Positions 10,320-22,794 are shown, counted from the first letter of the stretch. The stretch: DNA of 64,000 bases from Escherichia coli (GCF_011045215.1 NZ_CP049201.1), one strand, 5' to 3'. The notes: generated by a model from the sequence alone, not told the origin. Translations and numbers: made by a program.

Positions 10320-11378
10320 GTGCGTGCCGATAAGTCATTAAGCCCGTTTGAAATCCGGGTATACCGCCATTACCGCATTGTGCATGGTACTCGGGTCGCG
10401 CTGGCATTCCTGCTCACTTTTCTCATTATCCGCCTGTTTACTATCCCGGAAAGTACCTGGCCGCTGGTCACCATGGTGGTGATTATGGGGCCCATCTCGT
10501 TCTGGGGTAACGTTGTCCCTCGAGCCTTCGAACGTATTGGCGGTACGGTGTTGGGTTCGATATTAGGTCTTATCGCTCTGCAACTGGAGTTAATTTCGTT
10601 ACCGCTGATGTTAGTCTGGTGCGCGGCGGCTATGTTTCTTTGCGGTTGGCTGGCACTGGGCAAGAAACCGTATCAAGGATTATTGATTGGGGTGACGCTG
10701 GCAATTGTTGTGGGTTCCCCGACAGGTGAAATTGATACGGCGTTATGGCGAAGCGGCGATGTGATCCTCGGCTCTTTACTCGCAATGTTGTTTACCGGTA
10801 TCTGGCCACAACGGGCGTTCATCCACTGGCGCATTCAACTGGCGAAAAGTCTGACCGAGTATAATCGGGTCTATCAATCTGCATTCTCACCGAACTTACT
10901 CGAACGCCCACGTCTGGAAAGCCATCTACAAAAACTCCTGACCGATGCCGTGAAAATGCGTGGGCTGATTGCGCCCGCCAGCAAAGAAACTCGTATTCCA
11001 AAATCGATATATGAAGGTATCCAGACCATTAATCGCAATCTGGTTTGTATGCTGGAGTTGCAAATCAATGCGTACTGGGCCACGCGCCCCAGCCATTTCG
11101 TGTTATTGAACGCGCAAAAACTTCGTGATACCCAGCATATGATGCAGCAAATACTGCTGAGCCTTGTTCATGCGCTGTACGAAGGTAATCCGCAGCCGGT
11201 TTTTGCCAATACGGAAAAATTGAACGATGCTGTGGAAGAGCTGCGTCAGTTGCTCAATAACCACCATGACCTGAAGGTTGTGGAAACACCAATCTATGGT
11301 TATGTGTGGCTGAACATGGAGACGGCACATCAGCTTGAGTTGCTATCGAATCTGATTTGCCGGGCCTTGCGCAAATAA
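10320..11378 (+). CDS. yeeA: FUSC-family inner membrane protein YeeA (352 aa)
   Basis: ORF 10320..11378; hydrophobic N-terminal half, conserved position after sbmC. Confidence 0.88.
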   Translation: MRADKSLSPFEIRVYRHYRIVHGTRVALAFLLTFLIIRLFTIPESTWPLVTMVVIMGPISFWGNVVPRAFERIGGTVLGSILGLIALQLELISLPLMLVWCAAAMFLCGWLALGKKPYQGLLIGVTLAIVVGSPTGEIDTALWRSGDVILGSLLAMLFTGIWPQRAFIHWRIQLAKSLTEYNRVYQSAFSPNLLERPRLESHLQKLLTDAVKMRGLIAPASKETRIPKSIYEGIQTINRNLVCMLELQINAYWATRPSHFVLLNAQKLRDTQHMMQQILLSLVHALYEGNPQPVFANTEKLNDAVEELRQLLNNHHDLKVVETPIYGYVWLNMETAHQLELLSNLICRALRK

Positions 11379-11549
11379 TTCCTGAACTTCAGAATCATCT
11401 TGCTGCTGCTTCGATTCAGCAAGGATAAAGGGTATGATAGTGAAAAGGGATAAAAGCATTGTCATCTGCGGCAGCTATGAGTAATGTTGGCCCTAACGAA
11501 TAGCGGTTGCTTAAACGAATCCGACTCTCACATTATCAGGGGTATAAAA

Positions 11550-11879
11550 ATGGAAACTACCAAGCCTTCATTCCAGGACGTACTGGAATTTGTTCGTCTG
11601 TTCCGTCGTAAGAACAAACTGCAACGTGAAATTCAGGACGTTGAGAAAAAGATCCGTGACAACCAGAAGCGCGTCCTGTTGCTGGACAACCTGAGCGATT
11701 ACATCAAGCCAGGGATGAGCGTTGAAGCAATCCAGGGCATCATCGCCAGCATGAAAGGTGACTATGAAGATCGCGTTGACGATTACATCATCAAAAATGC
11801 CGAGCTCTCCAAAGAACGCCGCGATATCTCCAAAAAGCTGAAAGCTATGGGCGAAATGAAAAACGGCGAAGCGAAGTAA
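11550..11879 (+). CDS. yeeX: DUF496-family protein YeeX (109 aa)
   Basis: ORF 11484..11879; internal ATG at 11550 gives [34 protein letters not shown]... Confidence 0.9.
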   Translation: METTKPSFQDVLEFVRLFRRKNKLQREIQDVEKKIRDNQKRVLLLDNLSDYIKPGMSVEAIQGIIASMKGDYEDRVDDYIIKNAELSKERRDISKKLKAMGEMKNGEAK

Positions 11880-11893
11880 TTCCTGTTTTATTC

Positions 11894-11920
11894 AATGAGG
11901 GTTGCCCGGCAACCCTCATT
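11894..11920 (+). terminator. terminator hairpin downstream of yeeX
   Basis: AATGAGGGTTGC-ccgg-GCAACCCTCATT perfect 12-bp stem. Confidence 0.65.
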
Positions 11921-11979
11921 GCTCATTGATTCTTATCTGTGTATCACCGTCATCATTCTCATCTGAGAACCTATCGAAA

Positions 11980-12369
11980 TTAGCGACAGACATCTTCTGT
12001 ATGCAGCAAGGAAAAAAGTTCTGTAACTCCATTGTTATTAACCGCACTGGTTACTAACACGTTGTGCGCTCCAGCTTCCCGTAACCAACATTTCACCAAA
12101 GATATGTGTTCCATGCTGGCTAAATCTGCTTTGGTTACTACTCCAATGACCGGGTGATTCATGGCCCGGTAGGGCGTTTTTACCTCTAATTCCTGCCTCA
12201 GCGCTGAGATTCCTGCTTGTTGCCGGAAAAGCATATAGATTTGCATAAGTATGCTCTTTCGTATAGCCAGAATGTGTCGGATTCTGGTTGAACAGATAAC
12301 GTACCCGTTGACTTCTTTCGGAAGTGAGATTGTAATATCTGACATACATGGTTGCCCCTGTTTGCCAAG
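11980..12369 (-). pseudogene. remnant of a EutP/PduV-like P-loop GTPase gene (yoeF-like fragment), abutting the IS100 insertion
   Basis: Minus-strand ORF ends ...NHPVIGVVTKADLASMEHISLVKCWLREAGAHNVLVTSAVNNNGVTELF..., resembling the C-terminal half of EutP/PduV; no intact N-terminal P-loop. Confidence 0.4.
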
Positions 12370-14323
<1,954 letters not shown>

Positions 14324-14574
14324 CCAAGTCCCCGTGTCAAAAAGTCATCTGTGTAAGATTCCAATCATACATATGGACTCAGATTGGCCTGTGTCCGTGC
14401 TTCCTAAAGGAATTCACAGATTCAGTCCTAATCATGATGACACATTAGCGAAGCTATGCCATGTCAGATACAGGTTCACTTAGTCGCGGTCTTACCAGTC
14501 TGGCCTTTAATACTCGTTTATCCTTAGCAATCAGTAGGTTGGTTTTATTTTTCAACAGACAGAAGTAGTTTCAT

Positions 14575-15600
14575 TTACATATATGCAGCTCCCATCACTT
14601 CTTCTGGTGAAATCTCTTTATCGTTGGTTAGCAATACCCAGAGCACTCTGGCATTTTTGTTGTTCAGCGCTACGGTGGCAACATTTTTATTCCGCCGCGA
14701 GACTGGTCTGCCCAGCCAGCTTTCCTGGGCCTGTCTGCCCTTTCTGGCGTTTGACACTGCCTTCGCACCATGGAACAGTAGCGTTCTGATATAGACATCG
14801 TCCCGTTTACTGATAGACCCCAGCGTGTTTTTACCTACGCTGAAGCACTGTCGGGGAACCAGTCCAAGCCATGCAGCAAGCTGACGCCGGTTTTTGAAGC
14901 CGATACTACCCGGTGCTGACAATTGCAGTGGTGGTAAGAATAGCAATCCCCGAAATGGTGGCAATTTTCCTGCACAGTTCGTCGTTCCCGACGTGTTCGT
15001 TGCTAACGGCTTCTATGGTTTCAATGTGTACGCTCAGTTGTTTCACATTTTCATTAGAGATAGGACGACAGCTGTCTGAACGGCATTGTTAAACAGTTTT
15101 CCGCGTCTTCAAGCAGGGCAGGGACATGACGACTGATCGCTACAGTGTCGGGCGGGAGAACGATGCCAAATTCAGCCAGTAATCCTCTGATCTGGTTTAT
15201 CTGCGCAGTCCTTGATTTAACAAACCCCGTCAGGGCACGATGAAAAGACAGTAATGACTACTGCTCAGGCGTCTTGATGCTGACAAACCGCATATTAGGT
15301 CGGGTAACGGCTTCACAGATGGCCTCGGCAGCAGCCATATCATTCTTGTTTGTTTTCACATATGGCTTTACAAATCGCGGGCATTAGTCTGACATTATGC
15401 CCCTAAGTAGACAGCATTCTCACTAATGACGCGCTCCGGCGCAGACCTCCATCCCAATCCGACAGGAAGACATATTCGCGAAGAATACGGGCATCAGGGA
15501 ACGTTTAATCCGTTTTCTGAGCTTAGATTTTTCTGTTCCTAGCCAGACCGTGGATTTGGAATTCATTTTTTGTCAGGTCAATGCTAATCGTTAAAACGGC
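14575..15600 (-). pseudogene. degenerate IS110-family transposase gene (frameshifts and stops)
   Basis: Minus-strand pieces in different frames: MAVLTISIDLTKNEF (from 15600), KTNKNDMAAAEAICEAVTRPNMRFVSIKTPEQ, and the C-terminal block FKNRRQLAAWLGLVPRQ...GKNTLGSISKR (ORF 14575..14964). Confidence 0.7.
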
Positions 15601-15699
15601 CATAACGCACCTCCACTGGAAGGTTTATCAGTAATATCCTACCGTTGCTTCATGGTAGGGGCGTCCATTCCATTATTATCGGTTTTCCTTTCTGTTTAT

Positions 15700-15742
15700 A
15701 AATGAAAACGCCAGCTGTATTCAGGCTGGCGTCAGGGAAAAT
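15700..15742 (-). terminator. putative terminator downstream of the yeeW-like gene
   Basis: CGCCAGC...GCTGGCG inverted repeat followed by a U-rich tract on the minus strand. Confidence 0.5.
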
Positions 15743-15887
15743 GAAGCCTGTTGAGTGAGATTCACCGGTTCTGGTGCAGAAGCTGCAGATGGCGCAGGGT
15801 AAGGACATCTTCTCTTGCCTGCTTAATACAGGACAACAGTGCTGTTTCTGTGGTTAATGGCACTATACCCTGTATCACTGCATTGTC

Positions 15888-16094
15888 TTACAGCAACTGG
15901 TGAGGGCTGGCATAAGTTGCCGGTGTTTCGGTAGAGTCACGTTCATCCACCACGCGGAGTGAATCACCGTTTTCAGCGACCTTGTTAATCAGTTCAGTGA
16001 TATTAACACCATCAATATCAACGACAATTCGCCCCATATTCAGTGCCTGTACGTTAACGCTGTCGGCTTCCAGTGTCAGGGCCAGTTTCATCAT
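15888..16094 (-). CDS. YeeW-like small protein (68 aa), last gene of the toxin-antitoxin cluster
   Basis: ORF 15888..16094 directly after cbtA with a 4-nt overlap, as in CP4-type islands. Confidence 0.6.
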   Translation of the reverse strand: MMKLALTLEADSVNVQALNMGRIVVDIDGVNITELINKVAENGDSLRVVDERDSTETPATYASPHQLL

Positions 16095-16465
16095 TTCGCC
16101 TCCGGATACTTACCCAGGGTGATATTGTTCACCGTTCTGTAGTTGTGGCGGGTCATCAGGCCTGTTGCCCGGCGAGCCCGGAGAATATCAATGCTGTTGA
16201 TTAACTGCGACGAGGCTCCTGCGCTGAATCCCGGCTGGTCAGTTCGTACCAGTGCGTATTTTTCCACGAGAAAGTTCACTGCATCACACAGTGAAATGCC
16301 TGCCTCAATATGCTGCTCAATCACGCGTTCATCCACGAACGGTGTGTCATTCAGCGTAAGGCTGTAATGCTGGTCCAGTAACCGGGTGAGCAGTGTCTGC
16401 CAGATGGTGACGGGAGACGGGCAGCACGATACCTCCCGTACATGCGTGTCGGGTAATGTTTTCAT
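16091..16465 (-). CDS. cbtA: CbtA/YeeV-family toxin (cytoskeleton-binding; 124 aa)
   Basis: ORF 16091..16465, [43 protein letters not shown]...[17 protein letters not shown]; near full-length match to recalled CbtA. Confidence 0.88.
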   Translation of the reverse strand: MKTLPDTHVREVSCCPSPVTIWQTLLTRLLDQHYSLTLNDTPFVDERVIEQHIEAGISLCDAVNFLVEKYALVRTDQPGFSAGASSQLINSIDILRARRATGLMTRHNYRTVNNITLGKYPEAK

Positions 16466-16554
16466 ACTGAAGATTTTCCTGATATGCAGAGATAAAAAAT
16501 GGGACAGTGGCGTGGTGAAAACACCAGGCCGGAGCAGAAGGTTATTCTGGTGGT

Positions 16555-16923
16555 TTACTTTTTCGTTTCAGGTGTCGGATAAACAGCCAGATAAACGTAA
16601 CCACAGGAGCCGAGGGTGTCGGCTTCACAGGTCAGCCCCTTCGCATACAGTGTCACGGTATGCTGATGGCGGGGATTCAGTTCACCACTGGTGAGCATTA
16701 ATTTCAGTTGTTTCATCAGCAGCGGAAAGGCCTGGTCCAGAGGGTACGCATCCGCATCTCTGAACCGGCCTCTGATACCGGCACGGTCGGCAAGGTAATG
16801 CAACCGGTTACCCTCCTGCACCAGACGGGCGCCGAAACAGGGCGTCACTGTGCAGGGTAGTCCCCACCAGGGATGGTCGTTATTGTCATCGGGATGCGTT
16901 GTCCCGGAAAGTGTGTCTGACAC
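16555..16923 (-). CDS. cbeA: CbeA/YeeU-family antitoxin (122 aa, GTG start)
   Basis: ORF 16555..17031; GTG at 16923 gives (M)[48 protein letters not shown]...; immediately upstream of cbtA. Confidence 0.85.
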   Translation of the reverse strand: MSDTLSGTTHPDDNNDHPWWGLPCTVTPCFGARLVQEGNRLHYLADRAGIRGRFRDADAYPLDQAFPLLMKQLKLMLTSGELNPRHQHTVTLYAKGLTCEADTLGSCGYVYLAVYPTPETKK

Positions 16924-17085
16924 GATAAAATCCTCACAGAAAATCGGTGAATGATAGTTTAACGATGACGGGTCAGCCGGCGCGCAGACCGGCTTCGGTA
17001 AAGGTGTATTCGTTGATGAGCAGGACCTCATCCACAGCGGCGTCTGAGCTCAGCCAGTCGTACTCGTTTTCCGGGTGACGGAACA

Positions 17086-17307
17086 TCAGTTCAGGGTGAC
17101 GCTCATCAGCCGGACATACGGACCAAAACTGTCCTTACGGCGTTCTGCAAACACGGCCAGCACACCGGGAATATCCTGCACTTCACGACCGGTATACGCT
17201 TCAGCACTGCCGTGCCAGCGGTATTTGCCGGTACAGAACGGAAAAAGACGGGATGCCGGATGCTGACGGTGAATACGCATGGCTTCGCCACGGGTGATGA
17301 TTTTCAT
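17086..17307 (-). CDS. yeeT: DUF987-family protein YeeT-like (73 aa)
   Basis: ORF 17086..17307, MKIITRGEAMRIHRQHPASRLFPFCTGKYRWHGSAEAYTGREVQDIPGVLAV... Confidence 0.85.
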   Translation of the reverse strand: MKIITRGEAMRIHRQHPASRLFPFCTGKYRWHGSAEAYTGREVQDIPGVLAVFAERRKDSFGPYVRLMSVTLN

Positions 17308-17369
17308 AGTGGGATACCTCTGAAGACAGAAGATAAAAGTGAAAACAGGTGTGATGTGGTTGTGACGGG

Positions 17370-17846
17370 TTAAAGCAGACCATGTTCGGCAAAGGAGAAA
17401 ACCTGGCTGCCACCGACTATCAGATGGTCCGGCACCCGGATATCCACCAGGCCCAGTGCCTGTACCAGACGTTCCGTGATAAGGCGGTCTGCCTTGCTGG
17501 GTGTGACTTCACCGGACGGGTGATTGTGTGCCAGCACCACGGCAGCGGCATTGTGATACAGGGCGCGTTTAATCACTTCACGGGGATGGACTTCCGTGCG
17601 GTTGATGGTGCCGGTGAAGAGGGTTTCACCGGCAATCAGCTGATTCTGGTTGTTCAGATACAGCACCCGGAACTCTTCACGCTCCAGTCCCGCCATGTTC
17701 AGAATCAGCCATTCTCGTGCCGCACGGGTGGAGGTGAAGGCCACGCCGGGTTCATGAAGATGGCGGTCCAGGGTTTTCAGGGCCCGTTGAATGAGGCTGC
17801 GCTCGCCGGGCGTCATCTCTCCGGGCAGAAAGGAAAGCTGTTGCAT
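17370..17846 (-). CDS. RadC-like JAB/MPN-domain protein (YeeS/YfjY family, 158 aa)
   Basis: ORF 17370..17861; ATG at 17846 follows GAGAGAAG; JAMM motif HNHPSG. Confidence 0.85.
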   Translation of the reverse strand: MQQLSFLPGEMTPGERSLIQRALKTLDRHLHEPGVAFTSTRAAREWLILNMAGLEREEFRVLYLNNQNQLIAGETLFTGTINRTEVHPREVIKRALYHNAAAVVLAHNHPSGEVTPSKADRLITERLVQALGLVDIRVPDHLIVGGSQVFSFAEHGLL

Positions 17847-17861
17847 TGTACTTCTCTCCAT

Positions 17862-18335
17862 TCAGTCGATGATGCGCATAATGGCGCTGCATTCCGGATG
17901 CTGCAGGGCGTAATCCCGCAGCCGGTAATAATGGACCGTCATAGCATAACACTCCGTACGACAGGCATGATGACTGTACGTCATCAGACAGGCAGCAATG
18001 CCGGCGGCTTCCGGGCTCATTTCAGCGCGGTTACCGTTCATGGCATTGAACAGTACCCATGTTTCGTCATCATCGTCATCCGGTTCGGGTGCCATAAATG
18101 CCCCGCCGTTGTTCAGGGTGTACAGATTCCAGATACCACCGCAGTAGTCTTCGCACAGACGGTCCATCCAGCCGAAGACACGGGGCTCCAGGGTCACCCA
18201 CTGTGGAATGAGGCCAAAGTGCTGCGGCCAGAAGCTGATGCGCTGTTCATCAGGGACGAGGGTGGCAACCAGTTGTTGCAGGTCAGTCTCCGGTGCACAG
18301 GCCGAAGAGGTGGTGTTCTGAGACAATGTTTTCAT
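17862..18335 (-). CDS. antirestriction protein, KlcA/ArdB family (YfjX-like, 157 aa)
   Basis: Internal ATG at 18335 of ORF 17862..18743 gives MKTLSQNTTSSACAPETDLQQLVATLVPDEQRISFWPQHFGL...; acidic DDDDDE patch; ORF upstream of 18335 runs into the IS21 end and is not genic. Confidence 0.75.
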   Translation of the reverse strand: MKTLSQNTTSSACAPETDLQQLVATLVPDEQRISFWPQHFGLIPQWVTLEPRVFGWMDRLCEDYCGGIWNLYTLNNGGAFMAPEPDDDDDETWVLFNAMNGNRAEMSPEAAGIAACLMTYSHHACRTECYAMTVHYYRLRDYALQHPECSAIMRIID

Positions 18336-18938
18336 GTATGAAATCCTTGTAATGTGAATAAATGAGAGGGAGTAAAGGTCGGGAGCTGGCAACATCACGT
18401 TCATCACTGACCGTGATGACCCGGTAATATCAGGGATGAATGATATTCGGCTGAAATTCCGGACAGCCGTACGCGTAACCGTTCCGGTCACAGACGGATG
18501 GCCAGATGCCATTGCCTGTATACTCAGTCTGCACAGACTGATTTCTCCGGGACGGTAAATCAGACGGGTACACCAGGCGCACAGGTCATCATCAGAAATG
18601 GAACGACACCCCGGCAGCGCCTCCGGGGCGTCGGGTGATTCTGGTGCCTGAATCACGCCTTCAGGGACATGCTGCATCAGCGCAGGCTCTCCAGCAGCGT
18701 TTCTGCCTGCAAAATGGCATCTGAATCGATCGCAGTTTGGCATTCGAATCGATCATGATTTGGCATCCATCTCCGATCACAGTTTGGCATCACAATCGAT
18801 CACGATTTGGCATACTTCCGATCATTGATTGGAATTCGCCAGTCACTCCGGGAATTAACTCTTTTCACCACAGTCTCCATTGCCGTGTTTAAACCAGTGG
18901 AGACGTCAATGTCCAAAAAGAGAAAATCCAGGAGCACT

Positions 18939-20474
18939 ATGGAAACTTGTTTTAAGATCCTTCAGCTCAAGTTCGATAAGAAGCTGACTAACCGTTGTAT
19001 CGGACTGACGTTACACATCAGCGCCTCAACCGTTTTTGAGGTTCTTGCCCGCTTCAAAGCCTCTTCTCTGTCATGGCCATTACCTGCTGATATATCCCAT
19101 GACACGCTGGAGAAACTCATTTTCCCGCCCAAAGACACCTCTGCGTCAGAGCTTGTTATGCCTGACATGCTGTACTTCGATACGGAAATGAGAAAACCTG
19201 GCGTGACGCGCCAACTGTTGTGGATGGAATACAAGGCACAGGCGGGTGACAAAGCGATGGGATACTCACACTTCTGCCGTTGCTACCGGAAGTGGAAAAA
19301 AACGCGACGCCTCTCCATGCGACAGGAGCATCGTGCTGGCGAAAAGCTCTTTATCGACTTCTGTGGTCCTACGGTCCCTGTTATTAATCCGGACACCGGA
19401 GAGATACGCCGCGTGGCAATCTTCGTGGCTGTAATGGGGGCGTCCAACTATACCTATGTTGAAGCGTGCGAAGGTCAGGACATGATGTCATGGTTAAATG
19501 CCCACAGCCGTTGCCTGACCTTCCTGGGCGGCGTACCGAAGCTGCTCATCCCCGATAACCTCAGAAGCGCAGTGAAAAAAGCCGATCGCTATGAGCCTGT
19601 CATCAACGACAGTTATCAGGCGCTGGCTGAGCACTATGGCACGGTTATTATCCCGGCCCGCCCGCGCAAACCTAAAGATAAACCAAAAGCAGAAAACGGC
19701 GTCCTCATCGTCGAGCGATGGCTTCTTGCCCGCATCCGTAATGAAACCTTCCACACGCTCAGGGCGCTGAATGCACGCCTTCGGGAGTTGCTGACGGACA
19801 TGAATAACCGACCAATGAAGGGATACGGTAATCAAACCCGCGCAGAACGCTTCCGCATGCTGGATGCACCAGCACTCTCTCCGCTGCCTCTGGAGCCTTA
19901 TGAATACACGGAATACAAAGCCGTGAAGGTTGGCCCTGACTACCACGTTGAATATGCCCGTCACTGGTACTCCGTTCCACACGAACTGGTCGGTCAGCGT
20001 CTGTCACTGAAGGTGGGGCAGTCGGTGGTACAGCTCTGGCACAAGGGGCAGTGTGTGGCGCAACATCCGCGCAGCACACATGAATATAAACACACAACCA
20101 ATCCGCTTCACATGCCAGAACGCCACCGGCGGCATGGGACATGGACACCGGAACGCCTTATCGAGCAGGGAAACCGTACAGGTCCGTCCACAGGCCGGGT
20201 GGTTGAATCCATGCTGAAAGCCAAACCCCATCCGGAGCTGGCTTACCGTGCAGTCCTGGGTCTGCTGGCACTTCAGAAAAAATACGGCCCGGAACGGCTG
20301 GAAAAGGCCTGTTACGTTGCCCTGCACTATAACGCCCCGGACAGACGCTTTATCGACAATCTGCTGCGTCATCATCGGGATAACGTTGAGCTTCCGTTAT
20401 CCCGCCAGGGCGAACAACATCCGGCATATGCTTCAGAGCATGAAAACCTGCGTGGTCCTGGCTACTACCACTGA
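18939..20474 (+). CDS. istA: IS21-family transposase IstA (about 512 aa; alternative ATG at 18909)
   Basis: ORF 18807..20474; ATG at 18939 preceded by GGAG; helix-turn-helix N-terminus and DDE core (FIDFCGP...VMGASNYTYVEA...). Confidence 0.85.
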   Translation: METCFKILQLKFDKKLTNRCIGLTLHISASTVFEVLARFKASSLSWPLPADISHDTLEKLIFPPKDTSASELVMPDMLYFDTEMRKPGVTRQLLWMEYKAQAGDKAMGYSHFCRCYRKWKKTRRLSMRQEHRAGEKLFIDFCGPTVPVINPDTGEIRRVAIFVAVMGASNYTYVEACEGQDMMSWLNAHSRCLTFLGGVPKLLIPDNLRSAVKKADRYEPVINDSYQALAEHYGTVIIPARPRKPKDKPKAENGVLIVERWLLARIRNETFHTLRALNARLRELLTDMNNRPMKGYGNQTRAERFRMLDAPALSPLPLEPYEYTEYKAVKVGPDYHVEYARHWYSVPHELVGQRLSLKVGQSVVQLWHKGQCVAQHPRSTHEYKHTTNPLHMPERHRRHGTWTPERLIEQGNRTGPSTGRVVESMLKAKPHPELAYRAVLGLLALQKKYGPERLEKACYVALHYNAPDRRFIDNLLRHHRDNVELPLSRQGEQHPAYASEHENLRGPGYYH

Positions 20475-20490
20475 CAGAAGGAACAACCGT

Positions 20491-21246
20491 ATGAGTGATA
20501 ATCTGTTAAACAAACTGACCCAACTGAAACTCCCGGCGATGGCCGGGAGCCTGATACGGCAACGGGAAACGCCTCAGACTTACGACGAACTGTCGTTCGA
20601 GGAAAGGCTGACACTGCTGGTTGATGACGAGCTTCTGAGCAGAGAAAACAGTCGTGTGGCACGGTTGAGAAAAAATGCCTGCCTGAAATATCAGGCAACA
20701 CCGGAAGGGCTGCGTTATCCGGCCTCAAGAGGTCTGCGGGCTGAACAGATGAGGGAACTGCTGAACGGCCACTACATAATCCACAGGAAAAACCTACTGA
20801 TAACCGGTCCGACAGGATGCGGTAAGAGCTGGATAGCCAATGCGCTGGGCGAACAGGCATGTCGACAGAAATACAGCGTCCGGTACTGTAGAACCGGGCG
20901 ATTACTGGAACAGTTGGCTCAGGGACGTGTTGATGGCAGTTGGCTGAAATATCTGAAACAGTTGCAAAAAATACAGGTTCTAATCCTGGACGATCTGGGG
21001 CTGGAACAGTTAAGTAACGCCCAGTGTAATGACCTTCTGGAGATCACAGAGGATCGTTACGGACAAAGCAGCACGATAGTGGTAAGCCAGTTCCCGGTAG
21101 ATAAATGGCATGGTCTGATGGAGAACCCAACAACAGCAGATGCCATCCTGGACAGACTGGTACATAACTCACACAGAGTGGTCCTTCAGGGAGAGTCCCT
21201 GAGGAAAAATCCCCCGACAGTGGAAAGCAGCGAAAAAACGAGTTAA
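20491..21246 (+). CDS. istB: IS21-family helper ATPase IstB (251 aa)
   Basis: ATG at 20491 (MSDNLLNKLTQLKLPAMAG...); Walker A ITGPTGCGKSWIA and Walker B LILDDLG. Confidence 0.9.
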   Translation: MSDNLLNKLTQLKLPAMAGSLIRQRETPQTYDELSFEERLTLLVDDELLSRENSRVARLRKNACLKYQATPEGLRYPASRGLRAEQMRELLNGHYIIHRKNLLITGPTGCGKSWIANALGEQACRQKYSVRYCRTGRLLEQLAQGRVDGSWLKYLKQLQKIQVLILDDLGLEQLSNAQCNDLLEITEDRYGQSSTIVVSQFPVDKWHGLMENPTTADAILDRLVHNSHRVVLQGESLRKNPPTVESSEKTS

Positions 21247-21348
21247 AAAGCGGTAGAAAAAGTTAAGTTCCCGGTTGATCGAATGGATGCGAATCGCTGA
21301 TCGAACTTCGATGCCAATCCGTGATCGAATAGAGCGGAATACGCATTC

Positions 21349-22140
21349 TGCCATTACCCACAATGCGCGGTTGAGCTTAATATCGGTGTCGATGTTGTGA
21401 ATGGCACGGGTGTGGATACGTTTTCCTTTTGCACTGCGGCCGGAAATCCCGCCTTTCAGCATATTCTCCTGGATGGTCTGATAAGTACTCCACAGGTCCT
21501 TACCGTAATCCTCCCGGCGTCGTGGCGTCAGAATGTCGGCGGTGGTGACGGGCCGATGTTCGTCACCATAACGGTAAGTCAGTGCCGCCTGTGCCAGCGC
21601 CTGGCGTGCCGGTGGCGGCAGGACCAGCGACTGCATGGCATCACGCTTCTCCTCTATCCGGTCAAACACGCCCACCACCTCGTAAGCCCCTTCAATGACT
21701 CTGTCCACCACATTTCCCCGATGCGGAACACGCACTTCCCCCAGAGACTGACCACAGACGCATCCGTTCTGACAGACGAACCTGAAGTAACCCGGCAGCA
21801 TCTGGTAGCTGGAGGTACCGTCATGGGAGTTGAGCAGAATGATTTCAGGGACATGTTCTCCGTTTATCTCTCCGGCCCGCCGCAGACGCAGCATGTGTTT
21901 TGTGTATCCCCGGCGGCCCGGGTCGCGCACACGGGTCTGGCAGGCGAAGAATGGCTGAAAGCCTTCCCGCTGCAGGCTTTCCAGTACGGTGATGGTGGGG
22001 ATGTACGTATAGTTCTGGCTTCGGGACGTGTGTTTCTCTTCCCCGAAAATCCCCGGCACATAGTGCATCAGTTCTTCGTGTGTCAGCGGACGGTCACGGC
22101 GTATCTGGTTCGCATAACCAAAACGACTGGCTAGTCGCAT
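21349..22140 (-). pseudogene. DUF932-family protein (YfjQ/YafZ-like), C-terminus replaced by the IS21 terminus
   Basis: ORF 21169..22140 starts MRLASRFGYANQIRRDRPLTHEELMHYVPGIF...; after about 264 residues the frame reads into IS terminal sequence. Confidence 0.7.
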
Positions 22141-22465
22141 AATTTGCTCCTTATCGGTGGTTAAGATTTACTGGTGTAATAAATGAAAAAGCCACGTCTC
22201 CCGGAGAAGACGCGGCCTGACAGATGAAATGAATGACGTTTATTGTCTGAGAAGCCCTTAACTGGCGAGCTGAGTATTAAGCTGTGTTCCGGCATCACTA
22301 GCGCAACTGACCTTCAGCATTACGGATAACCAGCCGGGAATATGTTCCCTGGTCATCTTCAGTAAACACATTGCGGTAAGCTGTTTTGACGACAACAGCC
22401 TGTTCGCGTGAGAAAGGGCCTTCGGGCAATAAACGTGATGTACAACCCGGCATATCTGTTGCTCC

Positions 22466-22502
22466 CTGAAAGTAAAAGGCCCCGGTCATGATGACCGGGG
22501 CC
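22466..22502 (-). terminator. rho-independent terminator immediately after the flu remnant stop
   Basis: Perfect 12-bp arms GGCCCCGGTCAT / ATGACCGGGGCC (22478-22502) followed on the minus strand by UUUUACUUU. Confidence 0.7.
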
Positions 22503-22523
22503 TGAAGGAGAGTGACCTGATTA

Positions 22524-22595
22524 TCAGAAAGTCACATTCAGCGTGGCCTGACCGTTATAACCTTCAGCGCTGCTGCCGCTGACGCTGTGGGCATA
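22524..22595 (-). pseudogene. flu: 3'-terminal remnant (last 23 codons) of antigen 43 autotransporter gene flu/agn43
   Basis: Minus strand encodes [23 protein letters not shown], an autotransporter C-terminal beta-strand ending in Phe; no ~3 kb ORF upstream. Confidence 0.65.
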
Positions 22596-22758
22596 CCGGC
22601 AGGTACAAAACAGCATGGTCAGATAAAGTGGTTTTTCCCGGACATAAATGCTTCCCCTCTCTCATCCGCCAGAGAAGTATCAGTCCGTTGTGTGCAATTC
22701 CGTTCTGCATGATGAAGAGATTCAGCTGCCTTTTCGCAGACCATTAACCACTATAAAC

Positions 22759-22794
22759 GATCGATAGTAACGATCGATACCTGTTTTATCGATC
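22759..22794 (-). promoter_or_regulatory. agn43-type phase-variation switch: three GATC Dam sites in a putative OxyR-binding region
   Basis: GATC at 22759, 22772 and 22791 inside AAACGATCGATAGTAACGATCGATACCTGTTTTATCGATCG; lies between the GTPase gene and the flu remnant. Confidence 0.6.

Larger units (their letters stand above)
18708..21362 (+). mobile_element. IS21-family insertion sequence (~2.65 kb; ends approximate) inserted at the 3' end of a DUF932 gene
   Basis: Multiple terminal repeats of TCGATCA(N)GATTTGGCAT at the left (18720-18830) and in inverted form at the right (21270-21340); istA and istB inside. Confidence 0.8.

Noticed and set aside
17382-18341. 319-codon plus-strand ORF
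   Set aside because: Lies entirely antisense to the radC-like and antirestriction genes, which have clear motifs; open frame in GC-rich antisense sequence, no ribosome-binding site
18336-18743. N-terminal 136-codon extension of the antirestriction ORF
   Set aside because: The extension runs into the IS21 terminal repeats and has no protein-like composition; the gene starts at the internal ATG 18335
18720-18830. Regularly spaced short direct repeats (TTTGGCAT motifs) that could suggest a CRISPR-like array
   Set aside because: Repeats are about 11 bp with irregular spacing and are mirrored in inverted form at the other end of the IS21-family element; they are transposase-binding terminal repeats
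22298-22489. 63-codon minus-strand ORF between the flu remnant and the DUF932 gene
   Set aside because: Its ATG sits inside the 12-bp stem of the terminator hairpin and it has no ribosome-binding site; more likely a chance frame in leftover sequence
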